DNA of 61,741 bases from Seison nebaliae (GCA_023231475.1 JALJEE010002461.1:1-61741); one strand, 5' to 3'. Positions 25,295 to 39,578 are shown, numbered from the stretch's first letter. A program made the numbers and translations. The notes: generated by a model not told the origin, from the letters alone.

Positions 25295-28200
25295 TTATGT
25301 TGACTTCCGAATTGATATTAATCGATTAATTATCGAGAATTCTCGATATGACTCATTTTCAAGTAGTTCGTGTCGGAATCTGAATGCGATTATCTAGAAA
25401 CAGATTTGTAAAATTAAAATGATGGGAATTACAGAAATTTCAACTTTTATTTCGCTCGAAGTACATTCGGTGGTAGATAACCACTTTATTCGTATTTTAA
25501 TATTGAGGGATGTTCGATTTTCTAAGATGAGATCCTCTTTTTTATTCAATATTTCAATTTCGAATCTATCATCTGAAAATTCATCACCATTCTTTTCGTG
25601 AAAGAACAATGATAATTTTGAATGCGTATCATAATTTGACTGTTTCAAAACGGTAATATTTACCACACAACTGACAAAAGGAAAAGTTTAAAATTTAAAG
25701 AACAGAATCGAAAAACGAACTTCACATCGTAAGGAAGTTGTATGGTACTTTTACATATTAATGAGTCGACTAATAAAGTTTGCATTTCTGATTTAAGGGA
25801 ATTCACTTTCGGTTTCTCATAATAATAATCTCGAGAAGATATCGAATAATTGAGAGTTTTTAGATCATATTGTATTTTCGGTGTGACATTCTCCTCATCA
25901 CATAATAGTTGCATGTGATCGATTGACAATAAAGATGGTAGTGACATGAGACGATCGATATGCAAATTACATTGAAATTGTTTTTTGAAGAAAATGTTAA
26001 ATGGTAAATTATTGTTCAAATGAATCTGCACTCCTACAATCTTCGTTGAAGTTATATCATTTTGTGTTGTTGTTATATCGGTCGATTGGCGATATATTGA
26101 TTCTCGTCGAAGTTCATATAGTCGATGATGAGGTGTCCGTCCAATAGTCGTCGATGATCGTCGTCTACTCTCAGCAACGGTTTCATTGTTCGATGACAAT
26201 CCAACATAACGACATTGAAGAATTATGTCAAATTCATTCACTTCATTAATATAAAAATCTTTATTTGTTCGTTTCGGACGAACTCTCTTCAAAATCGTGT
26301 TAAAAGTCGAATTGTTTTCCTTGAAATTTTCGGTTAGTCGAGGTAGTTTCTTTTTAAGTTTTTGTTGAAATGGAGCTACATTATCATTTGTTGAGGCCAC
26401 AGATAATTTGAAATTATCATACAGTAAAATGGGAAGAATTGGTAAAAGACATTTGCGGAAAACTATTTCATTCGTATTCTCCGACGATTGTAAAGATGTT
26501 TCAGGAATACCAAATCGTTGAGAATTTCTATATGATTCCAAATTGCAATCGATCAATTCCGTCGTTAAAATCTCGTCCAATTCACAAATTATTTTTATAT
26601 TCGATATCGTTATATCAATCGGTAACATATTCAATAAATGTAATTGAAGAGCAAATGGTGTCACTTCATTATCTTTCACATGTAATGTCAATGTCGATTC
26701 AACGAACTCCTTCTCCGTATTATGCATCGATGGATGATAAGCAAACAGATTGAAATCCGGATGTTTTCGATGACTTTTCGAAATTTTCTTCTTGGGAATA
26801 ATCATTCCTTTATTTTTCAGTATATGTTGTGGATGTAATTTTGGATATGAGACATATCGTAATTGTAAGAGATTAGAGATGTCTAATAGTTTCGGATCGA
26901 TAGTTAATCGTTCAACTTTCGATTTAGTTTTTTGTTGATACAATTTCATTCGATTATCAAATTTCCTTACCGCTTCCTTCAATTCCTCCAATAAAGTATT
27001 CAATTCATTAAAAGGTAAATGAATGCCATACAATTCCAACATGTAACAATGTAGTTTGATGAAAACATTCGCTTGTCTAGAACAACGATAATAATCGTTT
27101 AACAATTGACCGAATATCCAATTTTGTAAAGAAACGAATCCCAAATAATGTTCGCCGAGAAATAGACCGAATGAGAATAATTTTTTCTTCTTAAATGATT
27201 CTATCGGTCTCCCACAATCCTCTGGTATCACTTCAAAATCATAAGATAACGTATCTTTTGTGAGTTGCATATGTCGCTGTCTCCAAAATAATCGACCGAA
27301 AGATCGATCCTTCTCCAATTGTGCTTCCATTGCAAGATTGATAGAATTGGAATCATTTTGAAGGAAAGAGAAATGATAAGCACCAAAATTCGATTTATTC
27401 CAATCATTCAATGTCTTATCTTCTTCCATCAGTTGGCTAATTACAGGATTCTCTGATTGACAAGTCAAATATTGGAAATATGAAGTTAAATTGGTCATTT
27501 TATAAGTGGATAAATTATTCAAGTTTAATCGAACTGCTTCTCTCTCGTAATAAGTCAGATTTTTTGTGTCACTTACCAATTTCGCACAATAAAATGCCAC
27601 AATCTTTCCAAACCAACTCATTTTTCTGTAACAATCGAACTTTCTATAAAAATTAGTCATGACCATTATCCGTTCGATCTGATGTACTGTGCTGGATGGA
27701 AGTCGAATTGTCGTTAACAATGACAAATATAAAAGTGCGTGACGTCGTTCACCTTCACGATATAGGATAGAAATGGCGATGAGAAATAATTCGGTTTGTA
27801 GAAATGGAATTGGAAATCTTTCTTTCTCTTTCAATGCCTCTTGACTCAGCGATTGTAATTTCTCCATTGGGATATCTTGGAATTGGGCAGCATTCAAGAG
27901 ATGTGATAAAGATCGAAAAGAATCTAAAATATTCGATAATCCATAACTATCTCTTATATATTTTAATCGGAATTCATTCGTCTCATTCAATTTTCTTATT
28001 TTTTCTAACAATTCCAAATTCTCCATATACAACTCACCGTTGACTTCTTTTTCAAAATTTCGATAAAGTTTCGTTGACGGATTAATACCATGTCTCATGG
28101 TTGTGGTGGCAACAATGATACCCATTGTTGCTGAATACAACCAAATGTTGTCGCGGACTGATTTGAGGAGAGTGGTCGCATATTCGTACATGATTAATGC

Positions 28201-30047
28201 TTCTGCAATATTCCCATTGATTAATAACGAATCACCCATCATCTTACAAGATCGACCTTGTAATCTCTTCGAATATGAACGTCTAAGAATGGAAATGTGA
28301 AAAATGGAGAAAAATAAGAAATATTTAACTTATTCGAATGAAAACTGGTAATCAAACTCTCTTCGAAAGGGAGGAAATAAAATGTTTTATTTTCCACTTT
28401 GAATCGATCACCACTCCGTTCAATAATCGTCGGTTGAGCCATCCAAATTTTTAAACTTTGTTTTATTGATGATTCTCTATGAAGTTTACGAGATAATTCT
28501 TCACTCGAATGTTTCAAAAATTGGTTGACAATTGATCCATGATTAATATCACGATAGAGTGCGTTGAGAGCGATTTCCTGATTAATTCTTAAAGGTATGA
28601 GAATCTGTTCGTGCAATTCATGCAAACATAATTTTAGTGAAGAATTGAATTGATTATCTTGAATAATTTTCAAATTGTCACTGGACCAATATCCGGTAAG
28701 ATACTCGTCATTATTTTTCATTTTCTCCACCGAATTAATTTGCAATAATTTCAATAATTTTAATTGAAGACGGAACATTATTAAATTATCACTTCTATCA
28801 ACCAATATCTCGTTCATTGTCTCATTATCTTTCAAATTCGTTTGAATTTGTTCTTTCACTTTCAAAAATTTTTCATTCCATTCCTCTAATTTCAATTTAT
28901 TTATATAAATCGAATATTTTAATAAATTCTCTATTATTGTCGTTTCTTCGGCATCGACATCATCATGATCATGTTCAACTAACGTCGAAGTACGACTAGT
29001 AATCATCGTTTCGGGTGGTTGTTGAACTGGTGCCTCTTCGAAAATAGTCGATTCTAAACTAACTCGATTATCATCTAAAATCGAATAAGTATCTTCTTCC
29101 TCTGCGATACTTTCTTCTTGTTCCGGAATCGTATTCGTTTCTCCCAAATTCAAACGATAAACATGTGCATCGATACGTGATGGTCTTCTACCAACCGGTC
29201 TGGTTAGAAATTCGACTCCATCTGATGATATACTGTCTTCGAATGGTTTCGATGTTACTGGTGGTATATTTTTTGTGGTGTCAGTTGATTTTAAACTGAT
29301 ACAATCTTCATCTTTACAATCTTCGAAATCTAACCGAATATTATTATCATCCTCCGTATCATCATCGATACAGATACATTTCTTACGATGTATTGTTAAT
29401 TGAAGTGTCTCCTTCAAATTCTTCATTAATTGACATAAATCTTCAATATCATATTGTACGATTGGTTGTATTGCATCGTTGATAATTTTGTTAATTTGAA
29501 AATTTTCATCTTCAATAAATATGATGAGTTTCGATGAATAAATTGCTTCAAACAATTTACGTTTCCTCTCACAATATTGTTGTTCGATAATTTTCATTTT
29601 CTTCTGAATGATGGACGGATAAGAACTATCGGTAAAATCGACAGATATTTTAGCCACAGCAAGATAACCAAACGGCCGTTTCCATGGTTGCAAATGATAC
29701 CAAGCACAATGGCGTCGATATTGAGTGGCTTCTAAGTTATCCTTCGAGAAATCGAGTAAATAAGAAGGAAAATTATGTTTTCCTTTCAACAAATTATTTT
29801 TATCGATCACATCATAACGGAAACGAACGAAATTAAATGAAAATGATGGAAATTCTGCAGTTTTCTCTTTGAGTATCGATGAGGATTTATTTGCAACCAA
29901 TTCATCATAACGTCGAATTTCGTTTAATAAAACAAAATATTCATTCGCTTTTAAACTCTCATTAATATTCTCGACCAGAATCAACACTTTCCCATAATTT
30001 TCATAAGTGATATGTAAATCAGGTAGATATTTTTCATTCTTGGGCAT
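25295..30047 (-). CDS. TRAPPC9: Trafficking protein particle complex subunit 9 (Trs120/NIBP)-like, divergent; 3' end may extend below 25295
   Basis: Intron 28329-28283 gives YSKRLQGRSCKMMGDSLLING...YEYATTLLKSVRDNIWLYSA, matching the TRAPPC9 GR..K..GD..L..G / L.sv.D.lW..aA motifs; also WYHLQPWKRPFG and YRKMSWF. Two further short introns near 25.4-25.7 kb. Confidence 0.8.
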
Positions 30048-30971
30048 TGTTCATTAAACTCCTTCTTATTATCTGCTATAAATTCTTGAAAAATCTTCTT
30101 TGACTTGTCAACTTTTACAAACTTTTTCTTTTCTTTCTATTCTTTATTCACATCACATGATCCATTTAATATTCAGACGTAATAATCTCCTCTCTAAACA
30201 AGTCGAACGAATAAACGACAGACACTAAATTAATTTCATGTATATAATCTATAGACGTCTTTCTCCCACTCCTTACGTGAAAAGAAAAGTTTTCATGAAA
30301 TTCTTTCAAACTATTAACTTCTTATCTCAAAGTTTCCCGAAGAAGTTTTATTGAATTTTCATACTCTTCACTCGTTCTCATATTGTTTATTTTATTTTGA
30401 CGATTATTTTCCCTATGAATTTTTCCCTTTGAAAATTAAAGTCATTTATTTAAATTTCAACGGAATTGATAAATTCAATTCATTTACAGAATTTAAATTA
30501 TTTCAAACAATGAATCAAATATTCATTGATTTTCAAAAACTCTCGATTTTTTATCAATTTAAGTTCCAAGAATTTTATTAGAGTTCGGTTAAGGAGAAAT
30601 ATATTTAAAAAATAATGAAGTAAAAATTTATTTGGGAATAAGACAAGAAGTAATAGAAGAATGAGACGATTTATTAAGAGAATTGAAGAAGAAATTTTAT
30701 TCAAATTTTCGTCTCATCAAACTTTCTTCGGAATAGGAGGAGATGGAAGAACATAATTAGAATTTGTATATTACGTCATTTTATTTACTTCTCCACTTGT
30801 ATTTCTGAAGGGCTAATTAAATATAATTTCCAAGAGACAATACAAAAGAAAGTTGTATAATCTCCTCTCAATAATTTGCCACAATAATCAAAAATAACAA
30901 AAGTAGAATGAAAAGATTGAAATTATTTCAATGGGATTTTATCTGGCGAAACAATTTTAAATAATGGAAAG

Positions 30972-33900
30972 ATGATTTTTTTCATTCTACTTCTCACACA
31001 CCATTTCATTCCATTGATTTCCTCTTATGAATTCATCTTGAAATATGATTCATTTTATAACGTCGTTGAACGGAATCACATTCTCTCACAATTCGTCAAA
31101 CAATTTTCATTGCATTCCCTCCAATTTAGTGTTGAACGTAATCGTCATTTAGAATTCAATGACATCGACGTCCTCTCCATTCGACAACAGAGAGAAGATA
31201 ATTATGACGATCTGTTAAATTTGTTGAAATTGGAGAGTGCACACAATGTGCACATTTCAAATATTTATGCACAGCAGAAAATTCGAATGAAGTTGAGTGG
31301 ACGGAAATCATTTCCACTCAAATCGGAGAGCTGTTCAAGAAAATCATTCTTCTTCGATTTCTCACCAAACAAAATGCCGAATTATCCTCCCAATAATGAA
31401 AATGATAATTTGGCGAATCTGTTCAATATCGACGAGAATCAATGGCCGTCAGGTGAACGAGGGAAAAACGTGAAAATCGCCATATTAGATACGGGATTAA
31501 AATGGAATCATTCCCATTTTTCAAATGTGAAAAAACGGATTGATTGGACGAAAACATCCACCACAATCCTCTCCAGAACTTCCGACAAAAATTCGGTAGA
31601 GAATGAAGAGAATCGAAATAAATTGAAACTTTCCAAACAATTTCCCATTCCACCACAAGTCATCATCGAGGAAAATAAGACGGATGATATGGATATTGCT
31701 GACGACGTCGTGGGACATGGAACATTTGTGGCTGGTGTGATTGGTGGGAGAGATGGTAAATGTACAGGATTGGCACCAGATGCCGATTTATATATTATGA
31801 AAGTTTTCACGAAGAATCAGATTTCTTATACGAGCTGGTTTGTTGAAGCGTTTAATTTTTGTCTCCAAAACAAGATTGATATCATCAATTTATCAATTGG
31901 CGGTATGGATTTTATGGACGAACCATTTATTCAAAAGATTCGAGAGATGAGTTCGAATGGGATGATTGTCGTTTCTGCCGTTGGAAATGATGGTCCAATT
32001 TTCGGTTCGATCAATAATCCTGCTGATCAATCTGATGTTATTGGTGTAGGTGGATTAACTAATGACGATCGTTTAGCATCATTCTCTGCTCGTGGAATGA
32101 CCACATGGGAATTGCCAAATGGTTATGGACGAGTCAAACCAGATATGATTACTTTTAGTGAGAAAGTACTTGGATCATCATTGGATGGAAATTGTCATCG
32201 ATTAAGTGGTACGAGTGTGGCATCACCATTAGTTACAGGAATAGTAGCATTATTATTAAGTTATGAGAGGAGAAAATTAAATTTTTTAAATAAAGAAATT
32301 GCATTGACGAATGTTGGGAAAATGAAACAATGTTTAATGAATGGAGCCGAAAGAGTAATTGATGCAAATTTATTTGAACAAGGGGCCGGTCGAGTCAATG
32401 TGAATAATGCATTAAATAATATTAATCAATATATTCCTCAAGTTTCCATTCATCCATCATATTTGGATTTTGTGGAATGTCCTTTCTTTTGGCCTCATTG
32501 TCTCCAACCGTTATATGCAACAGCAATTCCTGTCAAATTTAATTTTACCATTTTGAATGGAATCCATGAATTTGGTTTCATAAAAGATCAACCGAAATTA
32601 TTAGGTGAAATTAGTTGTTATATTACTATCAATTATTCATTCTCTCATATTATTTGGCCATATTCCGGATGGTTATCCATCGAAATAAAAGTGAAACCAT
32701 CAGCAATAGAAACTAATCGAATAGTTAATGGAAATATCGAATTAACGATTGAGTCGAATCAGAAAGAATCATTTATTCAAATTCCAATTCGACTCAAAAT
32801 TATTCCGACGCCAAATAAGAAAAAACGGATTTTATGGGATCAATTCCATTCACTCCGATATCCACCTGGATATTTTCCACGAGATGATCTTTTGGATTCT
32901 ACATCTCCATTGGATGTTTATGCTGATCATCTTCATACGAATTTCAAAGATTTATTTCAATATTTGAGAAATAAGGATTATTTCATTGAAATTCTCAATA
33001 AACCTTTCACCAAATTCAATGCAAAATATTATAGTTCTCTCATCATCACTGACAATGAAGATGAATTTCTACCAGAAGAAATTGTTAAACTCTACTCGGA
33101 CATCCGTTCCCATTCACTTTCACTTCTCATATTCGCCGATTGGTATAATTTGAAAATTATGAGTGATCTCCGTTTCTTCGATGAACACAGTGGTCGTTGG
33201 TGGTTACCAGATACTGGGGGAGCGAATATTCCAGCATTGAACGATCTGTTAAAACCGTTCGATATTCAATTTGATGATTCTGTCATTTCCGGTTACATAC
33301 CTTTACATCAATCTGATATTATTATCTATTCGGGAACGACACTCCAACAATTTCCAGAGAAAGGTAAATTACTTCAATCAAATCAAATTTATCTCCAAAT
33401 TCCCAATGCCACCAAACGATCTGATTCCATGGAAAATCATATTCTTCGAAATGTTGGTGGTCTATTCGATGTGAGACATTTGCGAAAATCGAAAGAAATG
33501 AAACCATTAAGATCATTTCATTTTTTGTCGAAAGATCAACTCAGTAAATTGCCGAAACGGATTGAAGATAAATTTGAACGATTAAGAGAATTCTTTTATT
33601 TGGATGATCAATTATTGTCGAAATTGAATTTTTTGAAAAACGACCGAATCGCTTTCATTCAATTAATCAATAAATTAGAATTGCTTGTCGAAGAGAATCC
33701 AGAAATTTATGAATCAAATCGAATAAATAAATATTTGATCGAATCAGCCATTCTGAATAATAACGAGAAAAAACCATCAAAATTGATGTCTGGGAGAATT
33801 GCCGTTTTCGGTGATTCAACTTGTATCGATTCTCAATTTATTCGTAAAAGTAAAAATATAAATTGTTTTAGTTTATTCAATCAACTTCTCGTTTATGTAG

Positions 33901-34678
33901 TAGAGAATCGTCTTTCTCGTCCATTGGATTTGGTTTTGAAGAATTCTAATATTTTCTCATCATCCAATGTCAAAATGATCAAACGTCCCGAATGGTCAGA
34001 ATTAGAAAAATATTCGAAAACTTTAAAACGATTAAAACCGAAAATCGAATATTTAGATTGGAAGGATGTTAGTGACACGATTCCAATGGAAGCCAATTGT
34101 GAGAAACAAACCGAGTGGCCAATTTTCAAAATTCATCATTTGCAACAAATGGAACCTAAAGTTCCGTTAGTTCCCTTACATACGACATCGATTCCGGTTG
34201 AAGGAAAATCGATATTTGAATCTCAACCAATTGTGAATAAGCGGACCAATTCCACCATCTTATTCACCATTCTCCATCAACCATTAGGTTCATTTCTCTT
34301 TTAAAAATTTTGAAAAAATTTTATTTTTTGACCATATCAGATATCTGGTATCAACATCCATTTTTATGCATTACATTCTCCATCATCTTATTTCTCTTGT
34401 ATTTGTATCGTCGTGAAAAAGAGAAATATCATCAATGGTTGATATCGAAGGATATACAATTTACAAAGAATAAGATTCATATAAGAAATCTATTCGATCA
34501 GTTCTTCAACAACGAACAGAAGAATCCGTCAACAGATGAATATAAACCTGACGAGATTCCAAGTGTCATTACTGAAAGTTTGAAGCAATTTAATCGATTT
34601 AATGATATCGAAATGGATCGACCACACGGTCGGAAAGTTAACAGGAAATCTTCAGATGTCATCGATTTTAAACATTGA
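30972..34678 (+). CDS. MBTPS1: Site-1 protease (SKI-1/S1P), 2 exons
   Basis: Subtilase triad ILDTG / GHGTFVAG / GTSVASP plus S1P-specific GMTTWELPNGYGRVKPD and RILWDQFHSLRYPPGYFPRD. Intron 34288-34340 adds the TM and cytosolic tail exon. Confidence 0.97.
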
Positions 34679-35219
34679 CATTTCTTCTACTCTTTTTGAG
34701 CTAGTAGTCAAAGTAATCTCAACATAATTTATTTTCTTTCAATTTCATTTAACACAATTTTGTACAGAAATATTTCCATCACAATTTCTGTTCACATTTA
34801 AAACGACACAATAACATTCTTGTGACTATATTATAAATAAAAATATGTATTAGTAAGAAGAGAGAAAACCGTTTTTACGAAGAACTCTTAATAATAATTT
34901 GTCAGTTTTCAATTTTTATTATAATTTCAATTATATTAAATCTTTATTAATTATATTAAAATTTAATAAATGATATTGAAATTGAATTTAATTTATCTAT
35001 CAATCATAACAAATTTTAATTATCATTGATATTATATCGATGGAATTATTATGTAAATGAGTCCACTGTTTCATGTTGTATAAGATTGTTGGAAAAATAA
35101 AATTTATGAAAATTTAATAGCACGTTTTATAGCTCTGGTGAATATGATTCATTTTCAAATAATTTCATGATAAGTGAGAATAGAAATTGAGGAGTTTTAG
35201 GAAGAAGTTCAAGAAAGAA

Positions 35220-36497
35220 ATGGAATATCATTTGAAGTTTCTTTTTTTTATTAATCATCTTCTCATTTCGTCATAAGTTCTTTCACAGATAAAATTATCA
35301 TTAGTTGTCTTCTTATTGCATTAAGCATCGTGACTTATCTCAATTATCTTGAAAAGGGAACGTTTATGACAGATGAAGAACATTTCGGTTCAACTCGTCC
35401 AATTTTCCTTACAAAACGACATGTAGTTACCATATCGTCTTCTGATACTTTTGTGGATAACGTTACGAAAATGAAAAGAGTAACAACAACAAATTTGTCA
35501 AGAATTTGTGAAAACTTATCCAAAAAGATATTCTCTATTAAATTGTTGGATGAAAGCTGTGAAGTAAGTTGTCTAAATTCAAATCAAACTTTATTGACGT
35601 CAGACAACCAAAATCTTCCATCTCCTCAAATTTGCCATGAGGAAGAAGAAGAAACATTAAAACCGAATATTGTGGATTGTTTGGAAATCGAATCAGAAAT
35701 ACTTCCAGATAATAAATCTAACCGAACTAAATTGAATTCTTGTGAGGAAATTCCAGTGAATAAAAGGGCGAAAAGAATTCTTTTAAGAAAGCGTCAATAT
35801 GCGTCCGATAGGACAGCCGGTATAATGCGTAGAGGTTCTCTCCTGACAGTGAGATGTTATCACAATAAAAGTTTTCTCCAATTGTTTTTTAAAATAAATT
35901 TTTAAAATTCTCATTTTATAATTAGAATTTCATAAGCTAATTTGTGATAATAATCGAAAATGGAAAACCGTTGATGGTATATCAGATGTGTGTGATGGTT
36001 TTCTTTCTATGTCCTCCTTTTGATTTAATTTATTTGGTGAATTAGATGAAAAAGAAGTTAAATGTCAAATAGAAACTCCAGAGTATGTTGTTGTTGAGAA
36101 ACAATCGTTTCCCATTAAAAACATCGCTAATATCGATGATAATGTAACTTATCGTTGTCGTGATAAGGTAAATAATAAAACTGAATTTTTTGGTTCTCAA
36201 TCGCTCAGATTATCTGTTTGTTCCATTCCTGGCAAATGGAAACCGTTGATCAAATGTTCCAAAAAGAAAAATTTATGTGAACCGTTATCAGCTCTCAGTC
36301 CAAATTTATTATCAGAAGAAGTTAAACGGACTAAATATCCGAATGACGATTCAGAGACAATGAGAGCTGGATCATACCGTTTGCTCAAATGTCGGATCGG
36401 TTTTGAAATGAAGGGAACAAGTAAAAATGTTTGTCAAGAGAATGGTATGTGGGATATCTTACCAATTTGTCAGAAAGTGGGAAATATTCGGTATTGA
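35220..36497 (+). CDS. Sushi/CCP-domain protein with N-terminal anchor or signal (4 exons)
   Basis: Spliced product MEYHLNSFTDKIIISCLLIALSIVTYL...; three CCP-like modules (C..IP...LTVRC...LICDNNRKW..C; C...VTYRC...CSIPGKW...C; CEPL...LKCRIGFEMKGTSKNVCQENGMWDILPIC). Confidence 0.75.
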
Positions 36498-37042
36498 TTG
36501 AAATTTCAAATTTTGAAGAAATTTTTTTCTCTGATATTCATTCAAAGAAGGAAATTACTTTCCTTCATAACTGAATTAATAAACTTCCTAAGTTTCTTAA
36601 TTTTTCAGTAAAAATTTAGTTTAAGCTATTCTTGAAAATAAATGTTTATTGAGAATATTTTTCTTTTTTCAAAATTAATTCCTTTATATTATCGATATAG
36701 TTCTTCTCGATATGTAATGTATATATTTTTTTCCGGAAATTGAAACGTTTATCACTTCTTCTCTCTAACTTAAGAGAGATAGTAAGATACCTAAAAGTTG
36801 GGGAAAGGAACACAGTATTCATTAACTATGAAATTATCCGAAAGAAAACTATGCTAATTTTTTAATTGATAAAAAATTGGAAAGCTAAGAAAAAATTAAT
36901 GATCATCAAATTTACCAAAATAATTGTTTTTGAATAAAATTTGTCCCATAACCAATTCTCAGAAAATTTTACTTTCCGAATCGCTACTAATGTACCTGAT
37001 TGTGCATGCAACAGGAATCGTTAATATCGAAATTTAAATAAA

Positions 37043-38317
37043 ATGATTAATGATTGTTGTGAAATTTGTAATAGCTCTACTAATGTTTACCTTCATGAAT
37101 ATTCAGTAAGACGGATATGCAAAGCTTGTGATAAATTTTGGGAGCGAACACGCTGCAAAACTGAAACAGTCGTTTGTATTAATTCGAATGGGAAATGTTT
37201 AACGACGAATGAAATAAGACGTTGTCAAAATTGTCGATTAATTAAATGTAAAGAATTGATAAAGAAACGAAAATTCATAAAAGAGTTGAAAGTAACAGAG
37301 ATTTGTAAAATATGTGAAGCTAAAGAAATTTCTGGTATTCATTACAAAGTGAGAACATGTGAATGTTGTAAAACATTCTTTCGTCGTCATTGTCAAAAGA
37401 AAGAATTTTCTACACCTTATAAATGTGATGAACATTCTCCTGATAAAAAGAGACCAAACAAATGTAGAAAATGTCGATGGGAGAAATGTCTGGTAAGCGG
37501 AATGACATATGAATCGAATAAGCGAGGAAGACATTCGAAATTGGAACTGGAGAATTACCAAAGTAAAATGTTGAAGAAAGCTCCGAAAATATGTCAGTCG
37601 ATTATTGATGATCAAATTCAACGTGATCTATCTCAACTCTTTTTCGCCATTGATATATTCGAAGAGAAATGTTGTGTAAGAGACAACACAAATTCGTCAA
37701 CGAAAATATTGAGAAACATTTTACATTTTGCCTCATATTTACCCAATTTCTCATTATATTCGAAGGAGGAACGTTCAATTTGTATTGATAATTCTCGATA
37801 TGTTTTAGAAGAATTATTACAAAATGACTTCAATACTAAACTTCTTGTGTCGGACAAGTATGAACTGAATGAAAAAGAAAAGAAATTTCTGCTATGTTTT
37901 TTTGTGGCAAATCCTGCTTGGAAAACAAACTCGTCTCCAGTTCATTATTTTCAGAATGTACTCTATTATCTGATGTTGGGAAGGGCGATATTTCCAGCAG
38001 GTTTCTTACTAAATTTATCTAAATTACGTTTCCAGTTAATCCATCAGAATGATGCATTAAAAAGTGAGATTGTGAGATGTGATAATTTCTTGAACCGATT
38101 TACTCAAAAGGAAATTAGAGAAAGAAACGAAACTGATAATGAGTCATCTCTGGGACGAATGAGAGAAAGTTTAACGAAGCAACTTCTTAATGACGTCATG
38201 ATGGAAGCACAATTGACACCAATGAATAAAGATGAGAATATGAGAACGAGGAAGGAAGTGACCAATGAAACAATCAATTCTATCTTCTCTATTGATCGTC
38301 AGCCGTTTATCCATTAA
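37043..38317 (+). CDS. Nuclear receptor with two tandem DNA-binding domains (2DBD-NR) and a degenerate LBD, intronless
   Basis: DBD1 CEIC...CKACDKFWER...C..C..CQNCRLIKC; DBD2 CKIC..SGIHYKVRTCECCKTFFRR...CRKCRWEKCLVSGM; LBD signature-like FASYLPNFSLYSKEER. Confidence 0.9.
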   Translation: MINDCCEICNSSTNVYLHEYSVRRICKACDKFWERTRCKTETVVCINSNGKCLTTNEIRRCQNCRLIKCKELIKKRKFIKELKVTEICKICEAKEISGIHYKVRTCECCKTFFRRHCQKKEFSTPYKCDEHSPDKKRPNKCRKCRWEKCLVSGMTYESNKRGRHSKLELENYQSKMLKKAPKICQSIIDDQIQRDLSQLFFAIDIFEEKCCVRDNTNSSTKILRNILHFASYLPNFSLYSKEERSICIDNSRYVLEELLQNDFNTKLLVSDKYELNEKEKKFLLCFFVANPAWKTNSSPVHYFQNVLYYLMLGRAIFPAGFLLNLSKLRFQLIHQNDALKSEIVRCDNFLNRFTQKEIRERNETDNESSLGRMRESLTKQLLNDVMMEAQLTPMNKDENMRTRKEVTNETINSIFSIDRQPFIH

Positions 38318-38580
38318 CTTTTCTGACGTAATCACATTTTTCAAACGTCGAAGGTCATTCAATTTATTTTTATTCAATTTCTATCCATTAACTATCCACC
38401 TCCGATAATATATTTCATTATTCATATTGATCAATAACATTCCTATTATTTCTCTCCTGAAAACATTAGTGACAATTATCAATTGACATATAAGGAAGAT
38501 CGATATTTAAAAGATCATTCTCAATTAAAAAAAGTAATAAATTTTTTTCCCTCAATAGTATCATTTAATTAAGTTAGAAA

Positions 38581-39258
38581 ATGACGAAATTGAGCGCAAA
38601 AGCTGGCAATATGCTGAACAAACTCTCATCATCCATTCAAGAAAAAGTCAATGGAAAAAATCCAATGATGCCTGACTCAAGAGCATCGACTCCAGCTAAT
38701 GGAGGAAAGACACAATCCAAAAATTACGGAATGGCTGGATATGGCGGTGGATATGGTGGTGGATATGGAGGTGGATATGGAGGTGGATATGGAGGTGGAT
38801 ATGATGGTGGATATGGAGGTGGATATGGTGGAAATAATGGAATGATGAATTATGGTCATCCAAGTTCATGTTGTTGTATGGTTTGCTGTACTGCACCACC
38901 TCCCCCAATGTGCTGCCCACCACCACCTCCAGTATGTTGTCCTCCACCTCCTCCTCCACCACCACCACCACCAGTTTGTTGTCCACCTAATTGTTGTTGT
39001 CAAGTTTGTTGTCCTACTCCTATGCCAATTCAACGTCCGATGCCGATGCCGATGCCGATGCCAATGCCAATGCCAATTCAACGACCAATGCCTATGCCGA
39101 TGCCTATGCCGATGCCAATGCCGATGGCACATCCATCATCATGCCAATGTGTAGTGTGCTGTCCTCCTCCACCTCCACCATGTCCTCCAACCTGCATATG
39201 TGAAACATGTTGCCAACGTCGAAGAGTCGTGACAACTATAACTACTGACTATTGTTGA
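38581..39258 (+). CDS. Gly-Tyr/Cys/Pro/Met-rich low-complexity protein (225 aa)
   Basis: ATG-initiated ORF with (GYGG)n, CCxPPPP blocks and (PM)n runs. Third codon positions vary within the repeats, as expected for coding sequence. Confidence 0.85.
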   Translation: MTKLSAKAGNMLNKLSSSIQEKVNGKNPMMPDSRASTPANGGKTQSKNYGMAGYGGGYGGGYGGGYGGGYGGGYDGGYGGGYGGNNGMMNYGHPSSCCCMVCCTAPPPPMCCPPPPPVCCPPPPPPPPPPPVCCPPNCCCQVCCPTPMPIQRPMPMPMPMPMPMPIQRPMPMPMPMPMPMPMAHPSSCQCVVCCPPPPPPCPPTCICETCCQRRRVVTTITTDYC

Positions 39259-39578
39259 TGAAAGTTTCAAAATATATTTTTCATTTTCTGACTATTTCCC
39301 GACAAGGACATTTCCTATTGAATTGTACAAATAAATTAATCTCCTTTTGAAACGTTTTTTGGTCGCTAAACTTCGATGATTGATATCTATTTCTCTAGTC
39401 TCGATAGTCATAATTTATGTGATTTAAAAAATAAGAGAATAACAATTTCTGATTTTTCATACTTAACGTTCGATCGACGATCATCAATTCTCCTTATCAT
39501 CTCTCAGCTATCTGCTATCTTCTAACTGATGATGATTTCATAACGGTAGGCAACGCACTTCCTAGTGGCCTTACTTCA

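Noticed and set aside
19064..30047. Frameshifting, stop readthrough or an alternative genetic code to explain the fragmented polycystin and TRAPPC9 ORFs
   Set aside because: Every break examined is resolved in frame by a short GT-AG intron, and long ORFs translate normally in the standard code.
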